From the NCBI GenBank assembly GCA_963745995.1, contig CAVUZF010000005.1, positions 1,266,568 to 1,330,567 on the forward strand: a stretch of 64,000 nt of DNA, given 5' to 3'. Below are positions 19,172 through 28,226 of this stretch, piece by piece. Numbering within the stretch: position 1 is the first letter of the stretch; every line of letters begins with the position of its first letter. Source of the DNA: Bryobacterales bacterium (GTDB lineage Bacteria; Acidobacteriota; Terriglobia; Bryobacterales; Bryobacteraceae). Both the position numbers and the translations under genes were made by a program. A model generated the notes under the pieces. That model was given only the letters and a program-made list of their open reading frames with translations, was not told the DNA's origin and ran no database searches.

Positions 19172-19328
19172 CCTTGGAGTGCGGTAGCAGCAGCCACCGC
19201 CTTCCGCCCATTGTTTATGCGGGAATCGGGCCAGAACACTCGTTGTCGCCGCTCTCGCTCGAACTCTTGTACGATCGCGGTATGAGCCTCGGGCGGAAGG
19301 CGGTGGCTGCTGCTACCGCACTCCAAGG
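19172..19328. repeat. MITE-like element bounded by 38-bp perfect terminal inverted repeats
   Basis: CCTTGGAGTGCGGTAGCAGCAGCCACCGCCTTCCGCCC at 19172-19209 is exactly reverse-complementary to 19291-19328, with an 81-nt unique core between them. It sits between the kinase stop and the cyclase start. No transposase is present. Confidence 0.7.
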
Positions 19329-19375
19329 CGTTCGACCGAGGACGACAGAAGCTTGCTGAGGTAGAGAGGAGTTCC

Positions 19376-20059
19376 GTGATTCGAGGAAGGATTGTTGACC
19401 TGAGCCATCGGCTCCGTCCCGGCAAGGAAGAGTATCCGCTCGAACTGGAAACTCATTTCACCGACGAAGTCTTGCCGCAATATCAGCGCGGCGCTGACGT
19501 TTGGTACATCCTCCAGACCATCCACATGTCCTCCCACTGTGGCACGCATATCGAGTTCCCTTATCATCACAACCGCCACGGGCTGGACGCGGGATCGTTT
19601 CCGCTCGAAAGGTTGATGGGTGATTGCCTGCTTCTGAACTTTACCCATAAGCGAGCGGGGGACGCCGAGACCAGTGAGGCCATTACCCTGGCGGAGCTCA
19701 AGGCCTTTGAGGATGAAATCCAGCCCGGAATCATGTTGATGTTCAATTTCAACTGCGCGCAGTACTACGGGACGCCGCGTTCCCATGACCGGCCGCACTT
19801 GACTTATGAGGCGATCGAGTGGCTGGCCCTGGAGAAGAAAATCGGGTTGCTCGGCAGTGACGCATCGGGATTTGAAAAAAAAGGAGTACCCAACCAGCCG
19901 GGCCACCAGATCCTGATGGACCATCAGATTCCCGTCATCGAATCCGCCACCAACCTGGACCAGCTTCGGAAGCGAAAGTTCACGCTGCTGGTGCTTGCCC
20001 TGAGCGTGGAAGGGCTGGATGCCTGCCCAGTTCGTTTGTTGGGGATTGAGGACGAATAA
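19376..20059 (+). CDS. Cyclase-family (kynurenine-formamidase-like) metal hydrolase
   Basis: 227 aa. Contains the HxGTHxD/ExPxH-type motif SSHCGTHIEFPYH. GTG start after GAGAGGAG. Confidence 0.7.
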   Translation: MIRGRIVDLSHRLRPGKEEYPLELETHFTDEVLPQYQRGADVWYILQTIHMSSHCGTHIEFPYHHNRHGLDAGSFPLERLMGDCLLLNFTHKRAGDAETSEAITLAELKAFEDEIQPGIMLMFNFNCAQYYGTPRSHDRPHLTYEAIEWLALEKKIGLLGSDASGFEKKGVPNQPGHQILMDHQIPVIESATNLDQLRKRKFTLLVLALSVEGLDACPVRLLGIEDE

Positions 20060-20075
20060 GAGCGAGACATCTATC

Positions 20076-21029
20076 GTGGAAAAAGAACAAGCCTTTTCGC
20101 TTTATCAGCAGATGGTGCGCATCCGGCGGTTCGAGGAAGAACTCTATCAGCTCTTTCTGAACCGGCCCATGCCCGGAAGCATGCACCAGTACATCGGGGA
20201 AGAGGCCGTGGCAGTGGGGGTTTGTGCGCATCTTACCCGGGAGGATTATGTCACCAGCACCCATCGTGGCCACGGCCACTGCATCGCCAAGGGGGTGGAC
20301 CTGAACGCCATCATGGCGGAGATGTTTGCCAAGAAGACCGGCTGCTGCAAGGGCCTGGGGGGCTCGATGCACATCGCCGACTTCAGCGTGGGAATGCTGG
20401 GGGCCAACGGCATTGTGGGGGCGGGGATTCCCATTGCCACTGGCGCCGGATGGGCTTGCCAGTTGCGCTATCCGGGCCGTGTCTCGGTGGTTTTCTTCGG
20501 GGAAGGGGCAGCCAACGAAGGCGCCTTTCACGAAGGGCTGAATCTGGCCTCGGTCTGGAAACTCCCAGTGGTCTTTGTGTGTGAGAACAATCTGTATAAC
20601 TTCTCCGTCCACTATAAGAAAACGATGGCCCTTGACGATGTTGCGGACCGTGCCGTGGCTTATGGCATTCCCGGCAGGGTAGTGGACGGCATGGATCTGG
20701 TAACGGTCTATCATGCTGCGGGCGAAGCGATCGAGCGCGCGCGAAGGGGAGGCGGCCCGACTTTGCTGGAGTGCAAGACTTATCGATTTATGGGCCATTC
20801 GCGCTTCGAGCCGGCGGGGTATCGCACCAAGGAAGAAGTGGCCGAGTGGAAGAAAAGGGATCCGCTTTTCATGTTTCAGCAAGTACTTATTTCGAAGTTC
20901 CAGGCATCGCCGGCGGATTTCGAGAAGATCGATGCGGACGTCAATCGAGAGATCAATGAGGCCGTGACGTTTGCCGAGCAAAGCCCCGATCCCGCTCCTA
21001 ATGATTACGCGCAGTTCATTTTTGCTTGA
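20076..21029 (+). CDS. Thiamine-diphosphate-dependent dehydrogenase E1 alpha subunit (acetoin/pyruvate dehydrogenase AcoA type), copy 1
   Basis: RIRRFEE..., GGSMH, and the TPP-binding stretch VVFFGEGAANEGAFHEGLNLASVWKLPVVFVCENN. The GTG start was chosen just after the cyclase stop; the ORF is open from 20019. Confidence 0.85.
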   Translation: MEKEQAFSLYQQMVRIRRFEEELYQLFLNRPMPGSMHQYIGEEAVAVGVCAHLTREDYVTSTHRGHGHCIAKGVDLNAIMAEMFAKKTGCCKGLGGSMHIADFSVGMLGANGIVGAGIPIATGAGWACQLRYPGRVSVVFFGEGAANEGAFHEGLNLASVWKLPVVFVCENNLYNFSVHYKKTMALDDVADRAVAYGIPGRVVDGMDLVTVYHAAGEAIERARRGGGPTLLECKTYRFMGHSRFEPAGYRTKEEVAEWKKRDPLFMFQQVLISKFQASPADFEKIDADVNREINEAVTFAEQSPDPAPNDYAQFIFA

Positions 21030-21047
21030 AGGCGAGATGCGTTCACC

Positions 21048-22070
21048 ATGGAAGCCGCCACACTTTCGCAGGCTTTGAGGCAGGCGATTATCGAGGAAAT
21101 GCAGCGCGATGACTCGGTGGTCCTCCTAGGAGAGGACATCGGAGTTTTGGGGGGAGCTTATACCGTGACCTCCGGCCTGCTCGAGATGTTTGGCGGGCAG
21201 CGTGTGCGTGATACACCCATTTCCGAAACCGCCATCGTGGGCGCTGCGGTGGGAGCGGCGATGACCGGCTTGCGCCCGGTGGCGGAGATTCAATTCAATG
21301 ACTTCCTGGCTTGCGCCATGGATCAGGTCTGCAACCAGGCAGCGAAGCTGCGATTCATGATGGGCGGGCAGGTCAAAATTCCCATCGTCATCCGCGCGCC
21401 CATCGGGGCGGTGGGGCGGGCGGCGCAACACTCGCAATCCCTGGAGGCTTGGTTTATGCACACGCCCGGACTGAAAGTGGTGCTGCCCTCCACACCTTAT
21501 GACGCCAAGGGCCTACTGAAGACCGCCATTCGCGACGACAATCCGGTGATGTTCTTTGAGCACAAGCTGCTGTACGGGGCGCGCTCGCCGGGGGGGAAAG
21601 CGGCGACGGCGGTGGGCAGCCTGACCGCAGCATTCCGGCCGGCTCCCCCCGACGATTACACCGTGCCTTTTGGCGTGGCGGATATTAAGCGCAATGGGAA
21701 AGACGTTACGGTGGTAGCGACGGGCTTCATGGTGCACCAGGCGCTTCAGGCGGCGCGGGAATTGGAGAAAGAGGGGATCGACGTAGAAGTGCTTGACCCA
21801 CGAACGCTCGTACCTCTGGACAAAGCTGCAATCCTCAGCTCCGTGCGCAAGACGTCGCGGCTGGTCATCGTGAGCGAAGATGTTTTGACTTGCGGCGTGG
21901 CGTCGGAAATTTCCGCTCTGGTGGCCGAGCACGGCATCTTTTCCCTGGACGCTCCCATCCGCCGGATTTCTGTTCCTGACACACCCATACCCTTCGCGCC
22001 GGCAATGGAACGGGCAGTCGTACCCCAACTTCACCAGATCACCGGCGTGATCAGGGAACTTTTCCATTAG
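21048..22070 (+). CDS. Dehydrogenase E1 beta subunit (AcoB type), copy 1
   Basis: 340 aa. Contains LGEDIGVLGGAYTVTSGL, DTPISETAIVGAAVGAAMTGLRPVAEIQF and a C-terminal transketolase-C-like domain ending PDTPIPFAP. Confidence 0.85.
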   Translation: MEAATLSQALRQAIIEEMQRDDSVVLLGEDIGVLGGAYTVTSGLLEMFGGQRVRDTPISETAIVGAAVGAAMTGLRPVAEIQFNDFLACAMDQVCNQAAKLRFMMGGQVKIPIVIRAPIGAVGRAAQHSQSLEAWFMHTPGLKVVLPSTPYDAKGLLKTAIRDDNPVMFFEHKLLYGARSPGGKAATAVGSLTAAFRPAPPDDYTVPFGVADIKRNGKDVTVVATGFMVHQALQAARELEKEGIDVEVLDPRTLVPLDKAAILSSVRKTSRLVIVSEDVLTCGVASEISALVAEHGIFSLDAPIRRISVPDTPIPFAPAMERAVVPQLHQITGVIRELFH

Positions 22071-22154
22071 GAGCTGTGCCTTGCAGAGGAGCGTCCCAAT
22101 CTGTAGAATCTCGAACGCCCAAGCGCTTCGCAAGGTGGGCGCCGGGAGGCTGGT

Positions 22155-22721
22155 TTGAGTTTCGCTTATATTTTCGATGTTGATGGCGTGCTCCTGAGAA
22201 CCATGAAGGCGCATTTTGCGTGTTACAAGCAGGCCCTGGCGGAGTCAAATGTACCCATCGATAAGACGCAGTTTTACACCCAGGCGGGCATGACCGGGCA
22301 GGAGCAGATCAGATATTTCGCTGAAAAAGCCGGCGTGAAAGTTGACGCGGAAAAGATCTATGTAAGGAAGCGCGAGATTTTTCAGGAGCATAAGGACTCT
22401 GCCGAAGCCATCGACTGCAATGTTGGCTTGCTCAATGTCTTGAAATCCGCGAGGGTTCCCGTGGCGATTGCCAGCGGAAGCTCCCGGAAATCCTGGGTTC
22501 CGCTGCTGGCCAAGTTTGGGATCCAGGCGGATGCGTTGGTGGGGGCGGAAGACGTCAAGCGTGGCAAGCCCCATCCCGACCTTTTCCTTTGCGCAGCGGA
22601 GAAACTCGGAGTCCCACCCGCGAATTGTATTGTCATTGAAGACTCGGAGGCGGGTATTGATGCGGCGAAGGCCGCCGGAATGAAGGTAATGCATTTTTAC
22701 GATAACGTGAACGAAACATAA
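22155..22721 (+). CDS. HAD-IA family hydrolase (beta-phosphoglucomutase / sugar-phosphatase type)
   Basis: TTG start 5 nt after GGGAGG. Motif I is FDVDGVL, motif II is IASGSS, and motifs III/IV are KRGKPHPDLF...VIEDSEAGIDAAKAAG. Confidence 0.8.
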   Translation: MSFAYIFDVDGVLLRTMKAHFACYKQALAESNVPIDKTQFYTQAGMTGQEQIRYFAEKAGVKVDAEKIYVRKREIFQEHKDSAEAIDCNVGLLNVLKSARVPVAIASGSSRKSWVPLLAKFGIQADALVGAEDVKRGKPHPDLFLCAAEKLGVPPANCIVIEDSEAGIDAAKAAGMKVMHFYDNVNET

Positions 22722-22743
22722 TCATGGTAAGGAGGAGGCTCTC

Positions 22744-23721
22744 ATGATCGAAAATCATTTATTCGGAGCGTGCTTGCCGACCTTTGGAAATTGTGCGGAC
22801 CGCTATTGCCTGAGCGGCTATGGTGGGGGCGGCAAGAATATGCAGGAGATGCTGGACTTGGCGACCACGGTCAAGGGTCTGGACGGTCTGGAATTGGTAG
22901 GCAACTGGCATGTGAATGACGAAAACATCCGCGACGTGGCCGCGATGTTCCAGGACCGGGGACTCAAGATTTCCATGTTGGTCCCCGACCTGTGGACGCA
23001 GGCCAAATGGGGCAGGGGAAGCATCGCCGCGCCTGACGCCAAGACGCGCCAAGCCGCGATAGATGAAGTCAAGAAGGTCATGGACTGGGGCGCCGAACTG
23101 GGCTGCCCTTATGTGGATGTGTGGCCCGGTCAGGATGGATTCGACTATGGCTTCCAGGCTGACTACGTCGAAGTCTGGAAATGGCTTCGTGAAGGTCTGG
23201 TGGCCTGTGCGAATCATAATGACAAGGTGCGAGTGCTGGTGGAATACAAGCTCAAGGAGCCCCGCACCCACTGCTTTGTGAACTCCGCCGCCAAGGTGCT
23301 TCTGCTGCTTCAAGGTCTTGACAAAGTGGGTGTGCTGCTGGATATCGGCCATTCCATGGCGGCCGGCGAAAATGCCGCCGAGGCTGCCGCGCTGTTGGCG
23401 AGCTACGGCAAGCTCGATTACCTTCACCTGAACGACAATTATGGCAATTGGGACGACGACATGATCCTGGGGGCCCAGCACCTGGTGGAATATCTGGAAC
23501 TCGTTTACTGGATCAAACGGTTGGGATATAAAGGTTGGCTGACTCTCGATATCTTCCCCTATCGGGAAGATGGCGTCTGCGCGGCGACGCAATGCCGGGA
23601 GTGGATGGCAGCTTTCTTCCGGGCTGTTTGCCGGGGCGGAGTTGAAAACTTTACGGAAGTCATTCAGAGCGGGGATGCTTGCGGCGCGTCGGAACTTGTG
23701 CGGCGGGCGCTGAACATCTAA
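22744..23721 (+). CDS. Xylose-isomerase-like TIM-barrel sugar or sugar-phosphate isomerase/epimerase
   Basis: 325 aa with RBS AAGGAGGAGG. The pattern VLVEYKLKEPRTH ... LLDIGHSMAAGE ... LHLNDNYGNWDDD parallels the metal-ligand pattern of the xylose/L-rhamnose isomerase superfamily. Confidence 0.7.
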   Translation: MIENHLFGACLPTFGNCADRYCLSGYGGGGKNMQEMLDLATTVKGLDGLELVGNWHVNDENIRDVAAMFQDRGLKISMLVPDLWTQAKWGRGSIAAPDAKTRQAAIDEVKKVMDWGAELGCPYVDVWPGQDGFDYGFQADYVEVWKWLREGLVACANHNDKVRVLVEYKLKEPRTHCFVNSAAKVLLLLQGLDKVGVLLDIGHSMAAGENAAEAAALLASYGKLDYLHLNDNYGNWDDDMILGAQHLVEYLELVYWIKRLGYKGWLTLDIFPYREDGVCAATQCREWMAAFFRAVCRGGVENFTEVIQSGDACGASELVRRALNI

Positions 23722-23736
23722 CCGCCCTATGAAATG

Positions 23737-23772
23737 CTTGGAGTGCGGTGGCTGCTGCTACCGCACTCCAAG
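23737..23772. repeat. Hairpin copy of the 19172/19291 inverted-repeat sequence, directly after the TIM-barrel gene
   Basis: CTTGGAGTGCGGT - GGCTGCTGCT - ACCGCACTCCAAG. The stretch GGCTGCTGCTACCGCACTCCAAGG (24 nt) is identical to part of the 19291-19328 arm. Confidence 0.65.
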
Positions 23773-23853
23773 GTTTCATTTATGGTGGTGAGCCGGAGGA
23801 ACGGCGCGACATGTGCCAATATCTCTGACGTGCCACACCAGGAGGGACGATCC

Positions 23854-24943
23854 ATGGCGATCATCGAGCCCTTTGCGGGCGCACCGCACAAAGACCGCTT
23901 CCTGGCGGCCTTGCGTGGGGAGCGCACGGACCGGGTGCCCCATTTCGAAATCCTCGTCGAGGACCAGCATGTTGAGAAGTTCCTCGGCCGGCCCGCCGGC
24001 AACACGCTGGGCGTGGGCGGCGACCCTGCCAAGGGTGCAGCGGCCGCGGAGGGTTGCCGCCCCATGTTTCCGCGCGACTATATTGATCTATGCAGGATCA
24101 CCGGGCAGGATGTGATTGCCCTGGAGGCCATCTGGACGCCTATCAAACACGTTCGGGCGGATGGCACTAAAGGTCCAATTACCGACCGGAGCATCAAGAC
24201 GCGGGCGGACTTCGACCGCATCATTTGGCCCGGCGAGGCCGAGATCGAAGAACGCATTCAGTATGTTCGCGAGTACGTTGCCGCCGCCAAGGGCACGGGC
24301 TTCGGCGTGGTGTTCCTTTGCGCCTCCATTTTCCAGACCCTGTACGAATTTGTCGTGGGCCTCTCCGACTGCATGATCATGGTCATGGAGGACCAGGACT
24401 TCTTTGCGGAGCTGATGTCCCGCTCGGCCGATTACTTTGAGGAAGTGGTGCGGCGCGCCGTGCATGAAGGGGTGGATGTGGTTTTTGCGGCGGATGATTT
24501 TGCCTTCAAAACCGGCTTCTTCGTGCGGCCGGAAATTTTCAGGAAAGCGTGGCGCCCTCATTATGACCGCATCCTGGCGCCGGCTCGCGATGCCAAGGTT
24601 CCCATCGTGTTCCACTCCGACGGGAAGATTGACGAAGGCATCGAGATGCTCGCTGGAAATGGGAGTGAAGGCCATCCACCCCATGGACCCTTCCGGCATC
24701 GATTATCGGGATTACAAGAAGCGATATGGGGATCGCCTGACGCTGTTTGGCAATATCGACATCACCTGGCCGCTCGTCGAGGGGACTCCGGCCGATGTCG
24801 AGCGCGACGTTCGGGATCACATGGAGGCGCTCAAGCCGGGCGGCCGATGGGTTGCCGGCAGCAGCCACAGCATCGTGAACTATATTCCCCACGATAATTT
24901 CGTCACCATGATCAATGCGATCCATAAGTATGGAGCGTATTGA
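23854..24943 (+). pseudogene. Uroporphyrinogen-decarboxylase (URO-D) family protein, one frameshift
   Basis: ATG follows GGAGGG. The N-terminus FLAALRGERTDRVPHFE is a typical URO-D-family start. The frame changes at about 24646-24655, from ...KIDEGIEML to LEMGVKAIHPMDPSGIDYRDYKKRYGDRLTLFGNIDI... in ORF 24437-24943. Confidence 0.7.
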
Positions 24944-24980
24944 GCGCTGTATCCGCAGACGAGAAAAGAGGTAAGGAAAT

Positions 24981-26140
24981 ATGGCTGTTGCCATCAAGCT
25001 GCCCGACATGGGAACCAACGTTGAGGAGTGCAAGCTGCAGACTTGGCGAGTGCAGGAGGGGCAGCGCGTAAAACGCGGCGACGTTCTTGCCGATATCGAA
25101 ACCGACAAGGCCGTGGCCGAACTCGAATCAACCGCGGAAGGCGTGTTGCTGCGCCAAGTGGTAAAAGCCGGCGTCATGGCACAGATGGGTGATGTTCTTG
25201 CTTACGTCGGGCAGCCCGGCGAGTCCGTGCCGGATCCCGCAGCCGCAGGCATCAGCGGCGAGTGGTGCGGCTGCCCCGGCTCCCGCCGCGTCTCGGCCGC
25301 AAACCGCAATCGCGCCCGGCACGCCAGCGCGGGTTTCACCCATGGTTCGCAATCTGGCGGCGAAGATGGGCGTTGATCTCGCCGCCATTCGCGGGACCGG
25401 CGCGGGAGGCATGATCACGCGCGAGGACGTCCTTAAAGCCAGCCGCGCCACGCCCAGCGCGCCATCCGCGCCGGCGGCGGGCGAGCAGCCTTCCCGGGGG
25501 CAAGCTGCGGTGGCGCGAGCGGTCACGCAAAAGTTGGAAGGAAACGCCGCACCTGTATGTTTCCATGAGCATCGATATGACCGCCGCCGTGAAGGCCCGG
25601 GGTGATAAAGATGCAACGGGCACGCGGCCCAGCTTTGATGCCATCTTTCTGAAGGCCCTGGCGCGGGCGATTGGCGCCGTGCCTGTTGTCGCTGCCCGGT
25701 GGGAAGGCGATCGAATCGTCAAAACGCCGGGAATCCACATCGCGCTGGCGGTGGGTTTCGGAAACGATCTGTTTCTGCCGGTTATTCGCGATGTGAACCA
25801 GAAGAACCTCTTGACTCTGCAAGCAGAGATCGCCGCTGTTTCCGCCAGTGTTCGCGCCGGCTCGCTGAAGCCCGAACAGATGACGGGCGGTTGCATGGCT
25901 TTAAGCAACCTGGGAATGTATCCCGTGGAAGCATTCGAGGGTATTATCTTTCCCGGGCATAGTTCGATTCTGACCGTCGGGACCGTGCGCGAGACGCCGG
26001 TGGTGGTGGAGGGTCGAGTGGAAATCCGGCCGCTCGCCAAGGCTACGCTGGCGGCGGACCATCGTTTGATCAACGGGCGAGTGGCGGCGGAATTTTTGAC
26101 CAAAGTTAAGGAAGTCCTGGAAGCAGGAGATCTTGGGTGA
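24981..26140 (+). pseudogene. Dihydrolipoamide acyltransferase E2 (lipoyl domain, E3/E1-binding domain, catalytic domain), two frameshifts
   Basis: The lipoyl domain carries DIETDKAVAELES. In a second frame lie an Ala/Pro linker and VSPMVRNLAAKMGVDLAAIRGTGAGGMITREDV. In a third frame lies the catalytic domain, ending ATLAADHRLINGRVAAEFL. Shifts sit at about 25230-25265 and at the A run 25529-25532. Confidence 0.8.
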
Positions 26141-26160
26141 CCCCAACAGGGAGTGTAGGA

Positions 26161-27121
26161 ATGACTTACGACAAAGAATTTCTTCTATCACTTTACAAAA
26201 GGATGGCGCTGATCCGCCACTTTGAGGAACGCGTCAAGTTTCTGTTTCTGGAAGGCGTGATGCCCGGCACCATCCATCAGTACAACGGCCAGGAAGGCGT
26301 TGCCGTGGGCGTGTGCAGCGCGCTCAAGCCGGGCGACGTTATCACCAGCACGCACCGTCCGCACGGCCACGCGCTGGCGCGAGGGTTGAGCGTGGAATCG
26401 CTGATGCACGAGCTGTTCGGCAAGACCACCGGATGCTGCAAAGGCAAGGGTGGCTCGATGCACATGGGCGACCTGGATAAGGGCATGGTGCCCGCCGTCG
26501 CCATCGTGGCCGGGGCGATTCCCATGGCGACGGGTATCGCCCTGGCCATGAAGATGAAGAAGCAGCCGAACGTGGTGGCCTGCTTCATGGGCGACGGCGC
26601 GGTGAATGAGGGAGCGTTTCACGAAGGCGTGAACATGGGCTCCATCTGGTCAGTCCCGATCATTTACGTCATCGAGAACAATCTCTACTCAGCATCGACG
26701 CCCATTTTCGATATGGTGCGTGTAAAGAAGCTCTCTGACCGCGGCGCGGCGTACGGCATTCCCGGCGTAACGGTGGACGGCAACGATGTGTTGGCGGTGC
26801 ATGAGGCGGCGCGGGCTGCCATCGACCGCGCCCATCGCGGCGAAGGTCCCACGCTGCTCGAGTGCATGACCTATCGGATCACCGGCCACTCGCGGCGCGA
26901 TCCTTGCAACTATCAGCCTGAGACGGAACGGAAGAAAGCGCTCGAGAATGAACCCATCCGGCGCTTTCGCAGCTACCTGCTCGACCAAGGGCTGGCGACA
27001 GAGGACGACGTGACAAGAGTCGATGGTGAGAATTGAAGCGGAAATTGAAGCGGCCGTCAAGTCAGCAATGGCGGCGCCAGACCCAGCGCCCGAAGCGGCT
27101 CTGGAAGATCTTTTCGTGTGA
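26161..27121 (+). pseudogene. Dehydrogenase E1 alpha subunit (AcoA type), copy 2, C-terminal frameshift
   Basis: LIRHFEERV, GGSMHMGD and CFMGDGAVNEGAFHEGVNMGSIWSVPIIYVIENN. The ORF stops at 27036, but the +1 frame continues with RIEAEIEAAVKSAMAAPDPAPEAALEDLFV to the stop at 27119-27121. This is the expected C-terminus. The shift sits at about 27015-27030. Confidence 0.8.
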
Positions 27122-27135
27122 GGAGTGCAAAGAGC

Positions 27136-28155
27136 ATGGCACGGTTAACGATTGCGGAAGCGTTGCGTGAGGGGTTGCGGGACGAGATGATCCGCGACCC
27201 GCGGGTTTTTTGCATTGGCGAGGACATCGGGATTCGCGGCGGCTGGGGCGGGGCATTTACCGTCACCCTCGGCCTGGAGCAGGACTTTCGGAACCGGATC
27301 ATCGACACGCCGATCTCCGAAGCCGGCATTTTCGGCGTGGCCCTGGGGGCGGCGGTGATGGGCTTGCGGCCGGTCGCGGACGTCCAGTATGGAGACTTCC
27401 TATTTTGCGCCATGGACCAGGTGGTGAATCAGATCGCCAAGATGCGCTACATGTCCGGCGGAAAGCTCACCGTGCCGCTGGTGATGCGCGCCCCCGTTGG
27501 CGCTACGGGCCGCGGCGCCCAGCATGGACAGAATCTGGAATCGTTTTTCCTCAGCGTGCCGGGGATCAAGATTGCCTGTCCTGCCACCGCCTATGACGCC
27601 CTGGGAATTCTCCGGGCGGCGATTCGCGATGACAATCCGGTGCTGATGTTCGAGCACAAACTGCTGTACGGGGCCAAAGGCGCGCGCGCGGAATCCGACT
27701 CGGTTGATGCTTCCAGCGAAATTCCGGCGGAGGATTACGTCGTGCCGCTGGGCAAAGGCATCATCAGGCGGGAAGGAACCGACGTCACGATTATCGCAAC
27801 GCTCCTGATGATGCATCGGGCGCTCCAGGCCGCGGAACAGTTGGCGGGGGAGGGCATCAGCGCCGAGGTGATCGATCCTCGCAGCCTCGTTCCTTTTGAC
27901 TGGGACCTGGTGAAGGCTTCGGTGATGAAGACCACGCGGGCGGTGATTGTTGAGGAAGGCCCCAAGCGCGGCGGCTGGAGCGCGGAAATCGCCGCCACCC
28001 TGGCGGAGTCGATGAGCGACTACCTTACCGCGCCCGTCATGCGCGTCGCCTCGCCTGACATTCCGGTACCGTTTGCTCCGCCCATGGAAAAGTTCTACCG
28101 GCCTGATTCCAAACGCGTTGTCGAGGCCGTGCGCACTTTGGTTGTGCCCGCATAG
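27136..28155 (+). CDS. Dehydrogenase E1 beta subunit (AcoB type), copy 2
   Basis: 339 aa. Contains IGEDIGIRGGWGGAFTVTLGL, DTPISEAGIFGVALGAAVMGLRPVADVQY and SPDIPVPFAPP. It is paralogous to 21048-22070. Confidence 0.85.
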   Translation: MARLTIAEALREGLRDEMIRDPRVFCIGEDIGIRGGWGGAFTVTLGLEQDFRNRIIDTPISEAGIFGVALGAAVMGLRPVADVQYGDFLFCAMDQVVNQIAKMRYMSGGKLTVPLVMRAPVGATGRGAQHGQNLESFFLSVPGIKIACPATAYDALGILRAAIRDDNPVLMFEHKLLYGAKGARAESDSVDASSEIPAEDYVVPLGKGIIRREGTDVTIIATLLMMHRALQAAEQLAGEGISAEVIDPRSLVPFDWDLVKASVMKTTRAVIVEEGPKRGGWSAEIAATLAESMSDYLTAPVMRVASPDIPVPFAPPMEKFYRPDSKRVVEAVRTLVVPA

Positions 28156-28226
28156 ACCGGGGCATCGTCGAAGTTCAATCTGATAGCGTTACGAGCAACG
28201 CGCAACTACCCAGGAATTAACAGCAC

